Origin: Escherichia phage vB_EcoM_G2248
Direction: 5' to 3' (one strand)
Sequence record: MK327932.1
Length of the DNA: 64,000 nucleotides
Part shown: one piece after another, positions 1-10,087 of the stretch
Layout of the letters: each line of letters opens with the position of its first letter
Numbering within the stretch: position 1 is the first letter of the stretch
Program-made: the position numbers and the translations under genes
Notes under the pieces: generated by a model
The model's database searches: none
What the model saw: only the letters and a program-made list of their open reading frames with translations
Told to the model about the DNA's origin: nothing

Positions 1-1507
1 TTGCCTCAACTGAGATGGTCCATACTCCACCAGAACGAACACTAATAGCGTGTGGCTGTTTAGTGATGTTCATAGTGGATTTGGTGGCGTCTACAGAAAC
101 CTGAACTTCATTGGAATCTTTAACGATGCGATGATTCGAGATACCCATAGAAACCACGCATTTATAACGACCCTCGTCGGCTTTAGTGATAGCAGAAAAA
201 TGTAATGAATCCGAAGTTTTATTTGGGATCAACTCATTATCCTTATACCACTGATAATCTAATTTGAAATGTTCATAATTAGACGTTGCTCGACAAGTAA
301 GAGTTTGAGATGAACTCACACGAACGTTATTGATCGGCTGTGGTTGTTGGGTGATCGTGATCACCGGAGATGACCCGACCAGAAGTGTTGCTACCTCTGA
401 TTCGGTGATCTGATTATTTCCATATGTAATTCGAGCTTTGAATTTAGCCTCATTAACATCATTGGTCGCCGGAATGATTTTTAACTCTTTTTCCGTTTCT
501 CCAACGATAGGAGTAAATTCACCTTCTTCTTTTTTCTGGCGTAGCCACTGTATTTTAACATTGGTGTAATTTGTTACATAATCAACACTTAGTACCGCTG
601 GCGTTAATGCCGGAACATTAGTGTTTAATGGCTGTCGGGAAATTCGGAAATATGAACGTCCAGACACAACAACATTACAATCTTTAGAATAAACTACAGT
701 ACCCCCTTGACGAACTTCGAGACGCCAGATCCCAGCATCGGCTTGTGTTACATACGGGATGATCATTGCTGTACCGTCTTGATCGATGATCTTTTTCCCG
801 TTATGAATCCATGTGTACTCAATATCACGAGTTGCATCATCGGACCTTACCGTAACTTCTAAATCCAAACGAGCATCTTCTAATACGGTGACAGTATCAG
901 AATAATGTTCTTCGATGTGAATTACTGGCGGTTTATCGTTTTCTTCCACAACAACCGGACTAATACGGTAATATGCTCGTGCGTCCTGGATAACAAATAC
1001 TTTACAAGTATAATTGCCGAAGTCTTCACGAGATACCCTATCAACGTGTACGTTTTTAGCTTGTACTTTGTTGGGGTCAATCATAACATGATCTTTATAC
1101 CAGATTGTATCAAATTGATAACCGTCTTCGACAATCGGAGTGGCAAAAACATCAAGTGCTTCGCCAATTCGTTTGTAGATGTAAGTCGGAGATTGGTCTT
1201 GTGGTGCGATAAATGGAATACGCTCAACCAAAATCGGATCAATATCCACATAATCCAGTGGATTCTCTTTCAATTTGACACGCGCGGTATATGTGCCAAA
1301 TTGTTCTTGAGTCAATTCGGCAATGTACAGAGATTGGTCTGGTTCTGCAACTTGATCCGCTGGCACACTCTGACCGTTTAGCTTCCATTCTACGATATAG
1401 TCTTTAAAATCTGATGTACTTACTACCAATTTAAGAACAAGTTCATGTCCCACTGATGCGTGGACAGGACCAGTAGTTTGATGTAAAATATTGATTTTAT
1501 CAGACAT
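1..1507 (-). CDS. hoc: Hoc-like outer capsid decoration protein with tandem Ig-like domains (partial; C-terminal part beyond window start)
   Basis: Manual translation from ATG at 1505-1507 (RBS AAGAGGA upstream on minus strand) gives MSDKINILHQTTGPVHASVGHELVLKLVV...; repeated Ig-like signatures (YxWYKDN, GxYxCVV). Absent from ORF track, consistent with no stop before window edge. Position upstream of uvsW as in T4. Confidence 0.7.
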   Translation of the reverse strand, partial: MSDKINILHQTTGPVHASVGHELVLKLVVSTSDFKDYIVEWKLNGQSVPADQVAEPDQSLYIAELTQEQFGTYTARVKLKENPLDYVDIDPILVERIPFIAPQDQSPTYIYKRIGEALDVFATPIVEDGYQFDTIWYKDHVMIDPNKVQAKNVHVDRVSREDFGNYTCKVFVIQDARAYYRISPVVVEENDKPPVIHIEEHYSDTVTVLEDARLDLEVTVRSDDATRDIEYTWIHNGKKIIDQDGTAMIIPYVTQADAGIWRLEVRQGGTVVYSKDCNVVVSGRSYFRISRQPLNTNVPALTPAVLSVDYVTNYTNVKIQWLRQKKEEGEFTPIVGETEKELKIIPATNDVNEAKFKARITYGNNQITESEVATLLVGSSPVITITQQPQPINNVRVSSSQTLTCRATSNYEHFKLDYQWYKDNELIPNKTSDSLHFSAITKADEGRYKCVVSMGISNHRIVKDSNEVQVSVDATKSTMNITKQPHAISVRSGGVWTISVEA

Positions 1508-1586
1508 GTTATATCCTCTTTTTAATTGTATAACGGAACTACAATTAAAATCATAACAAATATTTCACAACTTTCATCACCCAAAA

Positions 1587-2315
1587 TTACTTGAGTGTGT
1601 GAAATTGGCTATGTTTGGTTTCCCGTACCTTGACAGACCCATCACGTTTGATATAATAGATCAGTGACTTGAGGGTGTCGTGTACATACGCGTGAGGGAA
1701 ACGCTCTGGATACTTCTTCCAATCTGGAGTATTAACGATCCAGTCGAAAATCCACCACGGGCATGAGTAGTAACCACGACCGCCACCGATCAAACAAATG
1801 GTTGGACGGAAACCAGTAAGATCGCAAAATGAATCAGTATCATGTGCAGGAGAACGATGCTCTGCTTCGTCAGAGAAAATGTTTGCTACCGGAGATTCCA
1901 CTTTAACTTCCGGTACAACCACAATTTCAACTGGTACTGTGTGTGGTTCGGCTTCTTCTACAACTGTAACTGTAATTGTAATTGGTTCTTCTTTTTGTTC
2001 TGGTTCTTTCATTGCTTCAACCAGAGACGGATCAACTTCGTCGAATACCACTTTATCATCTGCGGTATCTGCTGCCAGAATAAGGTCGTTAATGCTGGTT
2101 CCCTCTTCCTGGGTTTCTTCTTCCATTTCGGATGCCAGTTTAGTTAATTCTGTTTCTACGAACTCGATCATGTTCTCTAGTGATAGCGTCTTTTTGACCT
2201 TGATGTCAAATTGTTTTGCGTAGTCCGCTAATTCTGTTTTAGCGGCTTTCTGTGCTTCTTTGTCGTCGGACGCCGCAATAGCGCGGAGTTCTTCGAAATA
2301 TTCTTTATCAAACAT
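1587..2315 (-). CDS. hypothetical protein in the hoc-uvsW interval (position of T4 inh; identity not confirmed)
   Basis: 242-aa ORF with ATG and RBS GGAGA; acidic N-terminal half, Cys/Trp-rich C-terminal half; assignment by position only. Confidence 0.5.
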   Translation of the reverse strand: MFDKEYFEELRAIAASDDKEAQKAAKTELADYAKQFDIKVKKTLSLENMIEFVETELTKLASEMEEETQEEGTSINDLILAADTADDKVVFDEVDPSLVEAMKEPEQKEEPITITVTVVEEAEPHTVPVEIVVVPEVKVESPVANIFSDEAEHRSPAHDTDSFCDLTGFRPTICLIGGGRGYYSCPWWIFDWIVNTPDWKKYPERFPHAYVHDTLKSLIYYIKRDGSVKVRETKHSQFHTLK

Positions 2316-2341
2316 GTTATTCTCCTGATTGGGGGTGTTTG

Positions 2342-2349
2342 TATAAATA
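2342..2349 (+). promoter_or_regulatory. T4-type late promoter box TATAAATA upstream of uvsW
   Basis: Exact TATAAATA 37 nt upstream of the uvsW ATG at 2386; T4 late promoters are defined by this octamer. Confidence 0.5.
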
Positions 2350-2385
2350 TTTGTATACTGTATTTATTGAGTGAGGCTATTCGCT

Positions 2386-3888
2386 ATGCAAGATATTAAA
2401 ATTCACTTTCTGAACTACTCCCATGTTCAAATTGAATGTAGTGATTCAATTTTATTAGAAATGCGAGATTATTTTAGTTTTGAAGTCGAGGGAGCGCGGT
2501 TTCAAAAAAGATTTAAGTATGGCGGTTGGGATGGGCGTATTCGTCTTTTAGACTACAACGGAAAGTTGCCTATCGGCCTAACTAAAACCGTTGGTATCTT
2601 CGCTAAAAATATGGGTTATTCTGTATGGGTAGATCCTCGCTTATTCGAAAAAGAACAGGTTACAGAAGAAGAGATCACAAAATGGTGTAACGACTTAGAA
2701 TTATATTCCGGTGCTAACAGGATCACCCCGCACTGGTATCAATCAAAGGCTGTCTTTGAAGGTATTCATCATAAACGCCGTATGTTAGTTTTGCCTACGT
2801 CCGCTGGTAAATCTGCGATTGCTTGTATGTTGTCTCGTTGGTACTTAGAGAACTACGAAGGGAAAGTGCTGATCATCGTTCCTACCACGTCGCTAGTGCT
2901 GCAAATGCGTGATGATTTTGTTGATTATCGCCAGTTTCCGTATGAAGCAATTCATACTATCATGAGCGGTACTAGTAAACACGTAGGTGATCGCCTGATC
3001 GTTGTTAGTACGTGGCAATCAGCATGTAAACAGCCGAGTGAATGGTTCCAGCAATTTGGGATGGTTATTGTTGATGAATGTCACAAGGCCACTGCTAAAA
3101 ACCTGCTAAACATCGTTACTGATATGGATCATTGCCAGTTTAAGATCGGTATGACTGGTTCCCCTCGTGACGGGAAAGCTAACATGATGCAGTATGTCGG
3201 TCTTTTCGGTGATATTTCTAAGATCGTGAGTATTGACCGCCTGATGGAAGAAGGTCAAGTGACGAAACTGAAAATCAACTGTCTTTTCCTTCGTTATACC
3301 GATGAGGAATGTAGCGCGGTTAAGGGTAGAGAATATGCGGAAGAGATCAAGTATATTACGTCTAACCCACGACGTAATAAGTTTGCTTGTAATTTGGCGC
3401 TAAAACTCGCTAAGAAGGGCGAAAACGTATTCCTGATGTTCCGCAATACTAAGCACGGAAAACTTATGTATGACGCGTTACAGAAGGTACACGACAAGGT
3501 TTATTATATTGACGGTGGAGTTAAGACAGAAGAACGTGATGAATTTAAGAAATTAGCGGAAGGGGAAACAGGGATCATTTGTGTTGCTTCCTATGGTGTT
3601 TTCTCTACTGGTGTTTCAATTAAGAATTTGCACCATGTTATTTTCGGTCATCCCGTGAAGGAATCAACTATCGTTCGTCAGAGTATCGGTCGTGCATTGC
3701 GTAAACATGGTTCGAAAGACATTGCAACGGTCTGGGATCTTATCGATCATTTGGCAGTTAAGACAAAGAGCAAGAATGCTAAGAAACAGTTTAGTCACCT
3801 TAATTATGCTCTTAAACATGCCCTGGAAAGAATAAAAATTTACAACACAGATCGATTCGAATATGTAACGAAAACTATAGAGATTTAA
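2386..3888 (+). CDS. uvsW: UvsW DNA/RNA helicase (SF2)
   Basis: Near-colinear with T4 UvsW as recalled (DIKIHF..SHV, RIRLLDYN, Walker A PTSAGKS, DECH box, HLNYxLKH). Start moved from track GTG 2371 to ATG 2386 (MQDIKIHF, RBS GAGG). Confidence 0.9.
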   Translation: MQDIKIHFLNYSHVQIECSDSILLEMRDYFSFEVEGARFQKRFKYGGWDGRIRLLDYNGKLPIGLTKTVGIFAKNMGYSVWVDPRLFEKEQVTEEEITKWCNDLELYSGANRITPHWYQSKAVFEGIHHKRRMLVLPTSAGKSAIACMLSRWYLENYEGKVLIIVPTTSLVLQMRDDFVDYRQFPYEAIHTIMSGTSKHVGDRLIVVSTWQSACKQPSEWFQQFGMVIVDECHKATAKNLLNIVTDMDHCQFKIGMTGSPRDGKANMMQYVGLFGDISKIVSIDRLMEEGQVTKLKINCLFLRYTDEECSAVKGREYAEEIKYITSNPRRNKFACNLALKLAKKGENVFLMFRNTKHGKLMYDALQKVHDKVYYIDGGVKTEERDEFKKLAEGETGIICVASYGVFSTGVSIKNLHHVIFGHPVKESTIVRQSIGRALRKHGSKDIATVWDLIDHLAVKTKSKNAKKQFSHLNYALKHALERIKIYNTDRFEYVTKTIEI

Positions 3889-3893
3889 TAAAT

Positions 3894-3917
3894 AGGGGCT
3901 TTAATGCCCCTTTATTC
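3894..3917 (+). terminator. rho-independent terminator after uvsW
   Basis: Hairpin AGGGGC-TTTAAT-GCCCCT followed by TTATTCT. Confidence 0.6.
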
Positions 3918-3931
3918 TACGGAGATTAAAA

Positions 3932-4168
3932 ATGATTAGCTTTAAACGTTTTTTGGTTGAGGCCGTTATTGACGGTTTTATGAGTAAGATTTATTCTTGT
4001 AATACTATCGAGGGATTAAATGAACTTGAGGCATATTATGAGAAGCGCAAGAAAGAAACAGAATTGAAACCTGCTGATGATATTTCGATCCGTGATGCCA
4101 TCGCTGGACGCCGTAAGCAACTGGAAGCGGACAACGAGCCGGAAGAGGAGCCGGAAGAGGATTTTTAA
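3932..4168 (+). CDS. uvsW.1: UvsW.1-like small acidic protein
   Basis: 78-aa ORF immediately after uvsW with acidic EPEE tail; synteny with T4 uvsW.1. Confidence 0.6.
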   Translation: MISFKRFLVEAVIDGFMSKIYSCNTIEGLNELEAYYEKRKKETELKPADDISIRDAIAGRRKQLEADNEPEEEPEEDF

Positions 4169-4173
4169 GATAT

Positions 4174-4207
4174 AAAAAAAGCCCCATCATTGATGGGGCA
4201 AAATAAA
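4174..4207. terminator. hairpin terminator between convergent uvsW.1 and uvsY operons
   Basis: A7-GCCCCATCA-T-TGATGGGGC-AAAATAAA; U-run on the minus-strand transcript side. Confidence 0.55.
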
Positions 4208-4232
4208 CCAATTAAAATCGGTTATCAACAAA

Positions 4233-4409
4233 TTACATTAACAGCATTGTTTGCTCTACGAGTTGTTCTTGTTCTTCGCCGTTCGCATCTTCACTAATCG
4301 AACGTTCTGTTACTAGCTGTAAGCAGTAGCCAGTGTGAACAACGCCGTTTTCTGTCTGAACGGATAACGCATCCTCGACAGGTTGTTTACAACAAATACA
4401 GATTTTCAT
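4233..4409 (-). CDS. small Cys-rich protein (uvsY.-2 position)
   Basis: Start moved to internal ATG (MKICICCKQ...) because the track's first 6 codons contain the AGGAGG RBS; 58 aa. Confidence 0.5.
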   Translation of the reverse strand: MKICICCKQPVEDALSVQTENGVVHTGYCLQLVTERSISEDANGEEQEQLVEQTMLLM

Positions 4410-4431
4410 AAAAAATTCCTCCTGCATGTAT

Positions 4432-4839
4432 TTAGCGACCAGATTCCAGCATACGCAATTCTATAGCATTCTTGATCGCAAAGCCACGAGATTTAACGAT
4501 ATCAAGTGCGCGACCAGCAAAATCCATTACCATCTGGTAATATGCAATTTTTGTATCAAGCGGTAAGATCTCGTCGTCTGCTGCCATGACAACTTTCAAT
4601 TCTGATTTCTCATATTCAGCACGACACCAGTCATCACTACGGTTAGTGTAAAAGTCAAGACGATTTTTCATAGCCTTTTTCTTTTTAGCCTCAAGAGCAA
4701 TCGTCTCTCTTTTCGCCTCGCTGTAAATCCTTAACCACTTTGAGTATACTACCGGATTATTCAGCGCCTCCCATTGCAACTTAGTCGCATCGATCTTCAT
4801 GTCAGCTTCTAATTGTTCTTTCAAATCGTTTAGGTCCAT
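4432..4839 (-). CDS. uvsY: UvsY recombination mediator
   Basis: 135 aa; matches T4 UvsY pattern (KLQWEA..YSKWL, C-terminal KSRGFAIK). Confidence 0.9.
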   Translation of the reverse strand: MDLNDLKEQLEADMKIDATKLQWEALNNPVVYSKWLRIYSEAKRETIALEAKKKKAMKNRLDFYTNRSDDWCRAEYEKSELKVVMAADDEILPLDTKIAYYQMVMDFAGRALDIVKSRGFAIKNAIELRMLESGR

Positions 4840-4886
4840 AATATCCCCTTATTCACACTAAGACCTATATCATATCACACACAAAA

Positions 4887-5285
4887 TCACTTTGCAAGTC
4901 TTATGCGTAGTTGTTCAAGATCATCTGGGTTGTCTATTACTGAAAAGTAGATTGATACTATGATTGAGTTATCGTCGTACTGCGGAGTTACTTCTACTGT
5001 CAGGTTTCGGACCCGTGGTTCATAGTTTCGGATCGCCTCATTGATGTTTTTTGATAAGGTATCCACTGTCAGTGGGTTCATGTTCTCAAACAAAGATTTA
5101 TTGAGATCGCATCCAAACAGTGGATCAAATGGACGAGATCCCTTGCGAGTAGTAACGATCAGTAGAATAGAATCCTTAACCGCTTTAATCCCTATGTTCT
5201 TTTTAACGTCGTTATTCCACGATCTGGATATATTGAGATCCAAATCAGTATACATCTGATTAATAGTTGCCATGTTATACCTCAA
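4887..5285 (-). CDS. 25: baseplate wedge protein gp25 (lysozyme-fold)
   Basis: TTRKGSRPFDPxFGCDL and FSVIDNPDD motifs as in T4 gp25. Confidence 0.9.
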   Translation of the reverse strand: MRYNMATINQMYTDLDLNISRSWNNDVKKNIGIKAVKDSILLIVTTRKGSRPFDPLFGCDLNKSLFENMNPLTVDTLSKNINEAIRNYEPRVRNLTVEVTPQYDDNSIIVSIYFSVIDNPDDLEQLRIRLAK

Positions 5286-5911
5286 AGAATTTTAAGGAAA
5301 CTGGATAGACCTGATAATGAATATACACCAGATTCCCCGCATTCGCACTTGATCGGTACTGCCAGCGTGATTTGATTTCTTGTTAGCTCGTCGATCACTT
5401 CTTCCACTTTATCCGTGGTAAGCATATCCAGCAAGCGGTCAAAGTCCTGTGCGTTCAGGTCGTCTATATTGAATTGCTGATCGCCGATCACGATATATTC
5501 GATACATGCAATTACCATCTGCATAATATCAACATCTTCTGTAAACTTAGGTTGACGAAACTTGATTTTTACTTGTCCTAAGTCTAAAATATATGGTTCA
5601 ACTTCTGGTATCTGTGTGCGTGAAACATCAAGAGAGTATACTTTCTCTTTATTGCATACACCACACACCCAAGTAGCATCAATTTTCATCTTATTGAGGC
5701 TGTGACACCATAAGAGAAGAAAAATATATTCTGCTTCGCATTTCTCTAGCTCTAATGCATTGATCCCCGTACATTCATGTATGATCTCTATAACAACCTC
5801 TGACAGCTTGCCAGTCTCTTTTGCTGCTACCAGTTTTTGAAATTCGCCGAAGGTGAAAGCACGGGCGTGTATCAACTTTTCGCCTAATTGGATCTTGAAA
5901 AAGTATTGCAT
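5282..5911 (-). CDS. 26: baseplate hub protein gp26
   Basis: 209 aa, ATGA-overlap with gene 25, synteny 25-26-51. Confidence 0.8.
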   Translation of the reverse strand: MQYFFKIQLGEKLIHARAFTFGEFQKLVAAKETGKLSEVVIEIIHECTGINALELEKCEAEYIFLLLWCHSLNKMKIDATWVCGVCNKEKVYSLDVSRTQIPEVEPYILDLGQVKIKFRQPKFTEDVDIMQMVIACIEYIVIGDQQFNIDDLNAQDFDRLLDMLTTDKVEEVIDELTRNQITLAVPIKCECGESGVYSLSGLSSFLKIL

Positions 5912-5953
5912 AATAAAACACCCTTTATAAACACATAGAATTATTTAGTATTT

Positions 5954-5961
5954 TATAAATA
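5954..5961 (+). promoter_or_regulatory. T4-type late promoter TATAAATA upstream of gene 51
   Basis: Exact TATAAATA 21 nt upstream of ATG 5982, followed by GGGGGA RBS. Confidence 0.55.
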
Positions 5962-5981
5962 CCCGAAAGGGGGATTATACC

Positions 5982-6752
5982 ATGAATATTATCCGAATAA
6001 AACTGCCGGAAGGTGTGCAGAGATTTAAACCATTCACGGTAAAAGATTATAGAGATTTCCTTCTGGTGTCAACTGAAATTAAGATGAATCCAGAAGAAGA
6101 ACAAACGATTCTTGATGAGCTATTAGAAGAAATATATCCAGACGTAGACCCGGCATTTCGTGAATATATTTTCCTGAATGTCTTTACTAGTTCAATTGGT
6201 AAAACTAAGATACCGCTTTGTTTTACTTGCCCGACTTGCAACAAAGAAAGAAAAATGTTGCTTAACTTACAGGTTGAAGCACTAAAACCAATCGTTCTAG
6301 AGGCCGCAGGGCTTAAAATAACTTTCCGGTATGTTAAACCATCAACCGACTATGCAAAAACGTTTCTGGATGCGATAGAGCGTGTATCTGATGGTATTAA
6401 TGATTATCTATGGACTGAATTACCGGAAGAAGTTAGAGAACAGGTTATCGATTCAATCTCATTTGCTGAATTTGAAGAAGTTGTTAAGCAGATGCACACA
6501 ATCAAGATCGAACAAAAGATATCTTGTTGTGAAAGTCATGACCTGAAATACATAGGTCTTCTTCCATTATTCAAATTGTTGTTGAATCCAGATGAGTTAT
6601 TCATCTTTTATCGAATAAACCATCTATTGGCAAAATCAAATTATTCTATCAGTGATCTTATGGATATGTTACCGATTGAGAGAAACATTGCACTGACACT
6701 GGTCGAGAAAGACGTAAAAGAGGCAAATAATGCAAAGAACGGGGTTTCCTAA
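5982..6752 (+). CDS. 51: baseplate hub assembly protein gp51
   Basis: 256 aa, divergent from 26, followed by 27; synteny with T4. Confidence 0.75.
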   Translation: MNIIRIKLPEGVQRFKPFTVKDYRDFLLVSTEIKMNPEEEQTILDELLEEIYPDVDPAFREYIFLNVFTSSIGKTKIPLCFTCPTCNKERKMLLNLQVEALKPIVLEAAGLKITFRYVKPSTDYAKTFLDAIERVSDGINDYLWTELPEEVREQVIDSISFAEFEEVVKQMHTIKIEQKISCCESHDLKYIGLLPLFKLLLNPDELFIFYRINHLLAKSNYSISDLMDMLPIERNIALTLVEKDVKEANNAKNGVS

Positions 6753-7839
6753 TGTCTCAATAAAACTTTATCAGGATTATGAGGCATTTCTAAATCATCG
6801 CTTTATAGAGTTGGGTGCTACCTTTGTTACAATGACTCTGCGTGATTCGATTCGTGGGGTGAATGAAGGATTGTTGCAATTCTATGATAATAAGGCGATG
6901 CATACAAAATTAAACGGGAGAGAGATCATTCAGATTTCGCTATCCACTGCTAATACAGATGAAGTGTTTAACCGAATCTATGGGATCTCTCATAGTAATG
7001 TAACAATTGACCAAAAATCCGACAATATTTTAACATTCCAGTTAAAGAGCTATCACGAAACATTAAACCTTAAATTTTCTCGCTCATTGACAAATAACGC
7101 GGTTAATAACGTAACTAGCATGATTGATGCCATCTATAAGGAAGTTCCTTTATGGAAACCTACTATAAAGGGTGATAACGTTGTTATTCCTCGTTGTCCG
7201 TGGGTTAGTACCATAAATGACTATATGGATTTTGTTAGGGCATACGGGCAAAGCGTAGAAACCGAGTCTTTCGTGTATTGCTGGGAAGATTTTGATGGTA
7301 TAACGATTGCTGGATACGATACAATATTAAAAAATGAGCCAATACCAGCTATAATCTGTGAGCCTAGACTCATGGGGCAATTTATTGATATGTCGCCTAA
7401 TCTGATGGTTTTTAATTTCGAGTGGCAGACTAAGAGCAATGCTAAAGTTAAAAATTCATTTAGCAATGTGACATACACAACTATTGATTTTGTTACTAAG
7501 CAGTATAATAAAATTGTTGTTGGTAATGGGGATAATATTGCACACTTTGCTCATGGTGGCGCTTATGGTAATTTAACTTATAAGAATGCGTTTTTGGAAG
7601 GTTCTAAACTTGCCACAATAGAACAATATGATTCATATGCTACCGCCGTGTGTCACGGTAATTTTTCGTTGCGCCCCGGCATGGTTATTCGATTCTTTGA
7701 TGAGAAGCAACAAGCACGCAATGATTTTATTGTTGACGAAGTGGTGCATGAAATTAGCCGAGAGCAATCATTAACTCACCTGTATATGATCGGTAACAGC
7801 GAAGAATTACAGGAAGTCAAATTTGAAGGTAAGATATAA
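6730..7839 (+). CDS. 27: baseplate hub protein gp27
   Basis: 369 aa; N-terminus MQRTGFPNVSIKLY resembles T4 gp27 start. Confidence 0.85.
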   Translation: MQRTGFPNVSIKLYQDYEAFLNHRFIELGATFVTMTLRDSIRGVNEGLLQFYDNKAMHTKLNGREIIQISLSTANTDEVFNRIYGISHSNVTIDQKSDNILTFQLKSYHETLNLKFSRSLTNNAVNNVTSMIDAIYKEVPLWKPTIKGDNVVIPRCPWVSTINDYMDFVRAYGQSVETESFVYCWEDFDGITIAGYDTILKNEPIPAIICEPRLMGQFIDMSPNLMVFNFEWQTKSNAKVKNSFSNVTYTTIDFVTKQYNKIVVGNGDNIAHFAHGGAYGNLTYKNAFLEGSKLATIEQYDSYATAVCHGNFSLRPGMVIRFFDEKQQARNDFIVDEVVHEISREQSLTHLYMIGNSEELQEVKFEGKI

Positions 7840-8357
7840 TGACAGAAACTAAACCTATGTTAAAATTTGTTGTTCCTGTAAAAAAATTAGAGATAAACGG
7901 GAAACATATTAAGATCCCAAAAATGGGGATTAAGCAACATCGATTATTAAAAGATGTTCGTAGCTGTGATGAAACATTAAAGATTCTTCTTGATTCAATC
8001 TGTCCTGGGTTAAACGCTGCCGAGTCTGAATTGGTTATGCTTAACCTTTGTGCGTTTAATGGTAAGTGTCTGGAAGAAAAAGATGGTCTTAAGCTGTCTG
8101 ATGTGTATATTTGTACAGAGACTGAATTTACTTTAAATGGTAAAGTCTTTAAATTTAAAAATCCAATGTATACTTCTGACCCCATTATCGATGACGCTGA
8201 TTTCTTGAGTCATCATTATCACGATCCTAGCGTAGACTTCCATGATTTCCCAGCTTTTATTATGGATTGGGCTACAGGATTAAGAAAAACTATTGCACTG
8301 GATACACCGGAAGGTACTATCTATGGTGGAATTAACATATTGGATCGCCTATCATGA
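7839..8357 (+). CDS. 28: baseplate hub distal subunit gp28
   Basis: 172 aa, ATGA coupling to 27 and 29. Confidence 0.8.
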   Translation: MTETKPMLKFVVPVKKLEINGKHIKIPKMGIKQHRLLKDVRSCDETLKILLDSICPGLNAAESELVMLNLCAFNGKCLEEKDGLKLSDVYICTETEFTLNGKVFKFKNPMYTSDPIIDDADFLSHHYHDPSVDFHDFPAFIMDWATGLRKTIALDTPEGTIYGGINILDRLS

Positions 8358-10087
8358 ATGACGCATTAACATCATTTCGCGGGATGCGCAAGGAAGCGGA
8401 AGAAAACCCGATTGATAAACTTAACAAATTAGATAAACTTGATTCTATTGATAATTTGCAAGCCGCTACCGAATTGGTGGCAGAGACAGTAGAACAAAAA
8501 TCTAATGAAGTTGTTGGTGCGGTCGAGGATAACACCGCAGCCAATGAATTGACGGCAGAAAATACACAATCTACCGCTGGCAATACACAAAAAACTTATG
8601 AAGAATTGCAAAAACTCAATAATTTCTCTTCTCAGATGAATGAGAAATTACGTGGTTTTGGTGTTATGATGGAACGTAGATTTGGTGTTGTCAGTAAAAT
8701 GGCTAGCGGTATTGGTGCGATTGAAGAAGCATTGAAAAAACCGGAACAACCGCAAACAATGCCATCACCTCAGCCAGTTTTGCCTACTGTACCGGAACAG
8801 CCTAACAATGACAACTATCAAGGTCTTCCAAAGAAAAAACCAGATGTTGAGGAACGGAAGAAAAAGAACGCCGCAGATAAGCGTAATGCTGATTCTATGG
8901 AAAATCTTCTTAAAGTTGTTCGTGGAGGATTTAAAGAAACCATAGGTATCTCTAATAAGGTCTTAGGGATGTTATTTAAGATCACTTTGACCGCTATGGC
9001 AGAAGCCGCAAAATGGGGTGCTATTTTGATGGGTATTGTTTTTGTCATTGATACCCTGATGGTTCATTTCAGATATTGGAGTGATTTATTCGAAACAAAA
9101 TTCAAGGAATTTATGGATAAGGCCGGAGGATGGGCTGGTCCTATTAGCGATATTTTAACTACTGTTCGTCAGGTTCGAGATTATTGGTCTAAAGGAGAAT
9201 ATAAAGAATTAATTAAATCGCTGGTTATGGGTATTGGTGATGCGTTCTATAAAACCTTTATCCAACTTGATCGAATTATCACTACTGGTATTGCTAAAAT
9301 TCTTCGCATGATCCCTGGTATGGGTGATTATGCCGATAATTTAGAATACGGTGCTTTAAAATCTGCTGTTGCTAAAGGCTATAAGCCAAATGAAAGAGAA
9401 CTCGAATTAATGGATAAGGTCGAGTCTGAACACGAAGAAGACAAATATGGAGAGCGCACAGGATGGACAGGAAAAGCCCGTGATATTGGCGAGGCCATAG
9501 GCGAATCTATTAAAGATAAATTTAATGAAGGTCTTGTTAGTCTGGGCTGGAGAGATCAAAAGGATGTTGACGCAGAGAAACGACAAGAAGAATTAAAACG
9601 CGGGGAATACAAGTCTGTTTCTGCTGAACAACGATCTGCTAGTCGTAAACTTAAAATTAAAAGCGAGGGAGCGATCAATAATATTAATGAAGTTATGGAG
9701 AATTTGAGCGGTGACTATGACAAAGAAAGAATGGAAGAGTTGAAAAAGGATATTGATGTTTACCGTGAGCAAGTTCAAGATCCTACATTAGTTGAAAGTG
9801 ACCGTTCTCAGTTAGAGCGTCTTATTGAAAAATTTGATGAGATGTATGCTGATAAAACTAAGGGTGTGGTTCCAACTAATCCTGTTCCTGCAACTGAAAC
9901 GGAAACAGCAAAACAAGCGGAACGTACTGAACAAATGCAGAAACAAGCTGCAATCCAGCAACAAACGACAAATCAGACCTCAAACGTAAATAATACACAA
10001 ATTGTAACAAACAATAGAACTATTAAACAGGGTGCACCAACAACTAGAATTGATGCCCCAGGTACAATTAATATGGGGAACTTTTAA
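8354..10087 (+). CDS. 29: tail tube length determinator (tape measure) gp29
   Basis: 577 aa, low-complexity Q/N/T-rich C-terminus, synteny. Confidence 0.85.
   Translation: MNDALTSFRGMRKEAEENPIDKLNKLDKLDSIDNLQAATELVAETVEQKSNEVVGAVEDNTAANELTAENTQSTAGNTQKTYEELQKLNNFSSQMNEKLRGFGVMMERRFGVVSKMASGIGAIEEALKKPEQPQTMPSPQPVLPTVPEQPNNDNYQGLPKKKPDVEERKKKNAADKRNADSMENLLKVVRGGFKETIGISNKVLGMLFKITLTAMAEAAKWGAILMGIVFVIDTLMVHFRYWSDLFETKFKEFMDKAGGWAGPISDILTTVRQVRDYWSKGEYKELIKSLVMGIGDAFYKTFIQLDRIITTGIAKILRMIPGMGDYADNLEYGALKSAVAKGYKPNERELELMDKVESEHEEDKYGERTGWTGKARDIGEAIGESIKDKFNEGLVSLGWRDQKDVDAEKRQEELKRGEYKSVSAEQRSASRKLKIKSEGAINNINEVMENLSGDYDKERMEELKKDIDVYREQVQDPTLVESDRSQLERLIEKFDEMYADKTKGVVPTNPVPATETETAKQAERTEQMQKQAAIQQQTTNQTSNVNNTQIVTNNRTIKQGAPTTRIDAPGTINMGNF

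Noticed and set aside
905-2223. Plus-strand ORFs 905..1381, 1798..2223 and 1842..2147
   Set aside because: They lie antisense inside hoc and the following minus-strand gene, have low-complexity or Cys/Phe-rich translations and no ribosome-binding sites; treated as shadow ORFs.
1587-2315. Assignment of ORF 1587..2315 as Inh (prohead protease inhibitor)
   Set aside because: Only position and size support it; I cannot recall the T4 Inh sequence well enough to confirm, so it is left as hypothetical.
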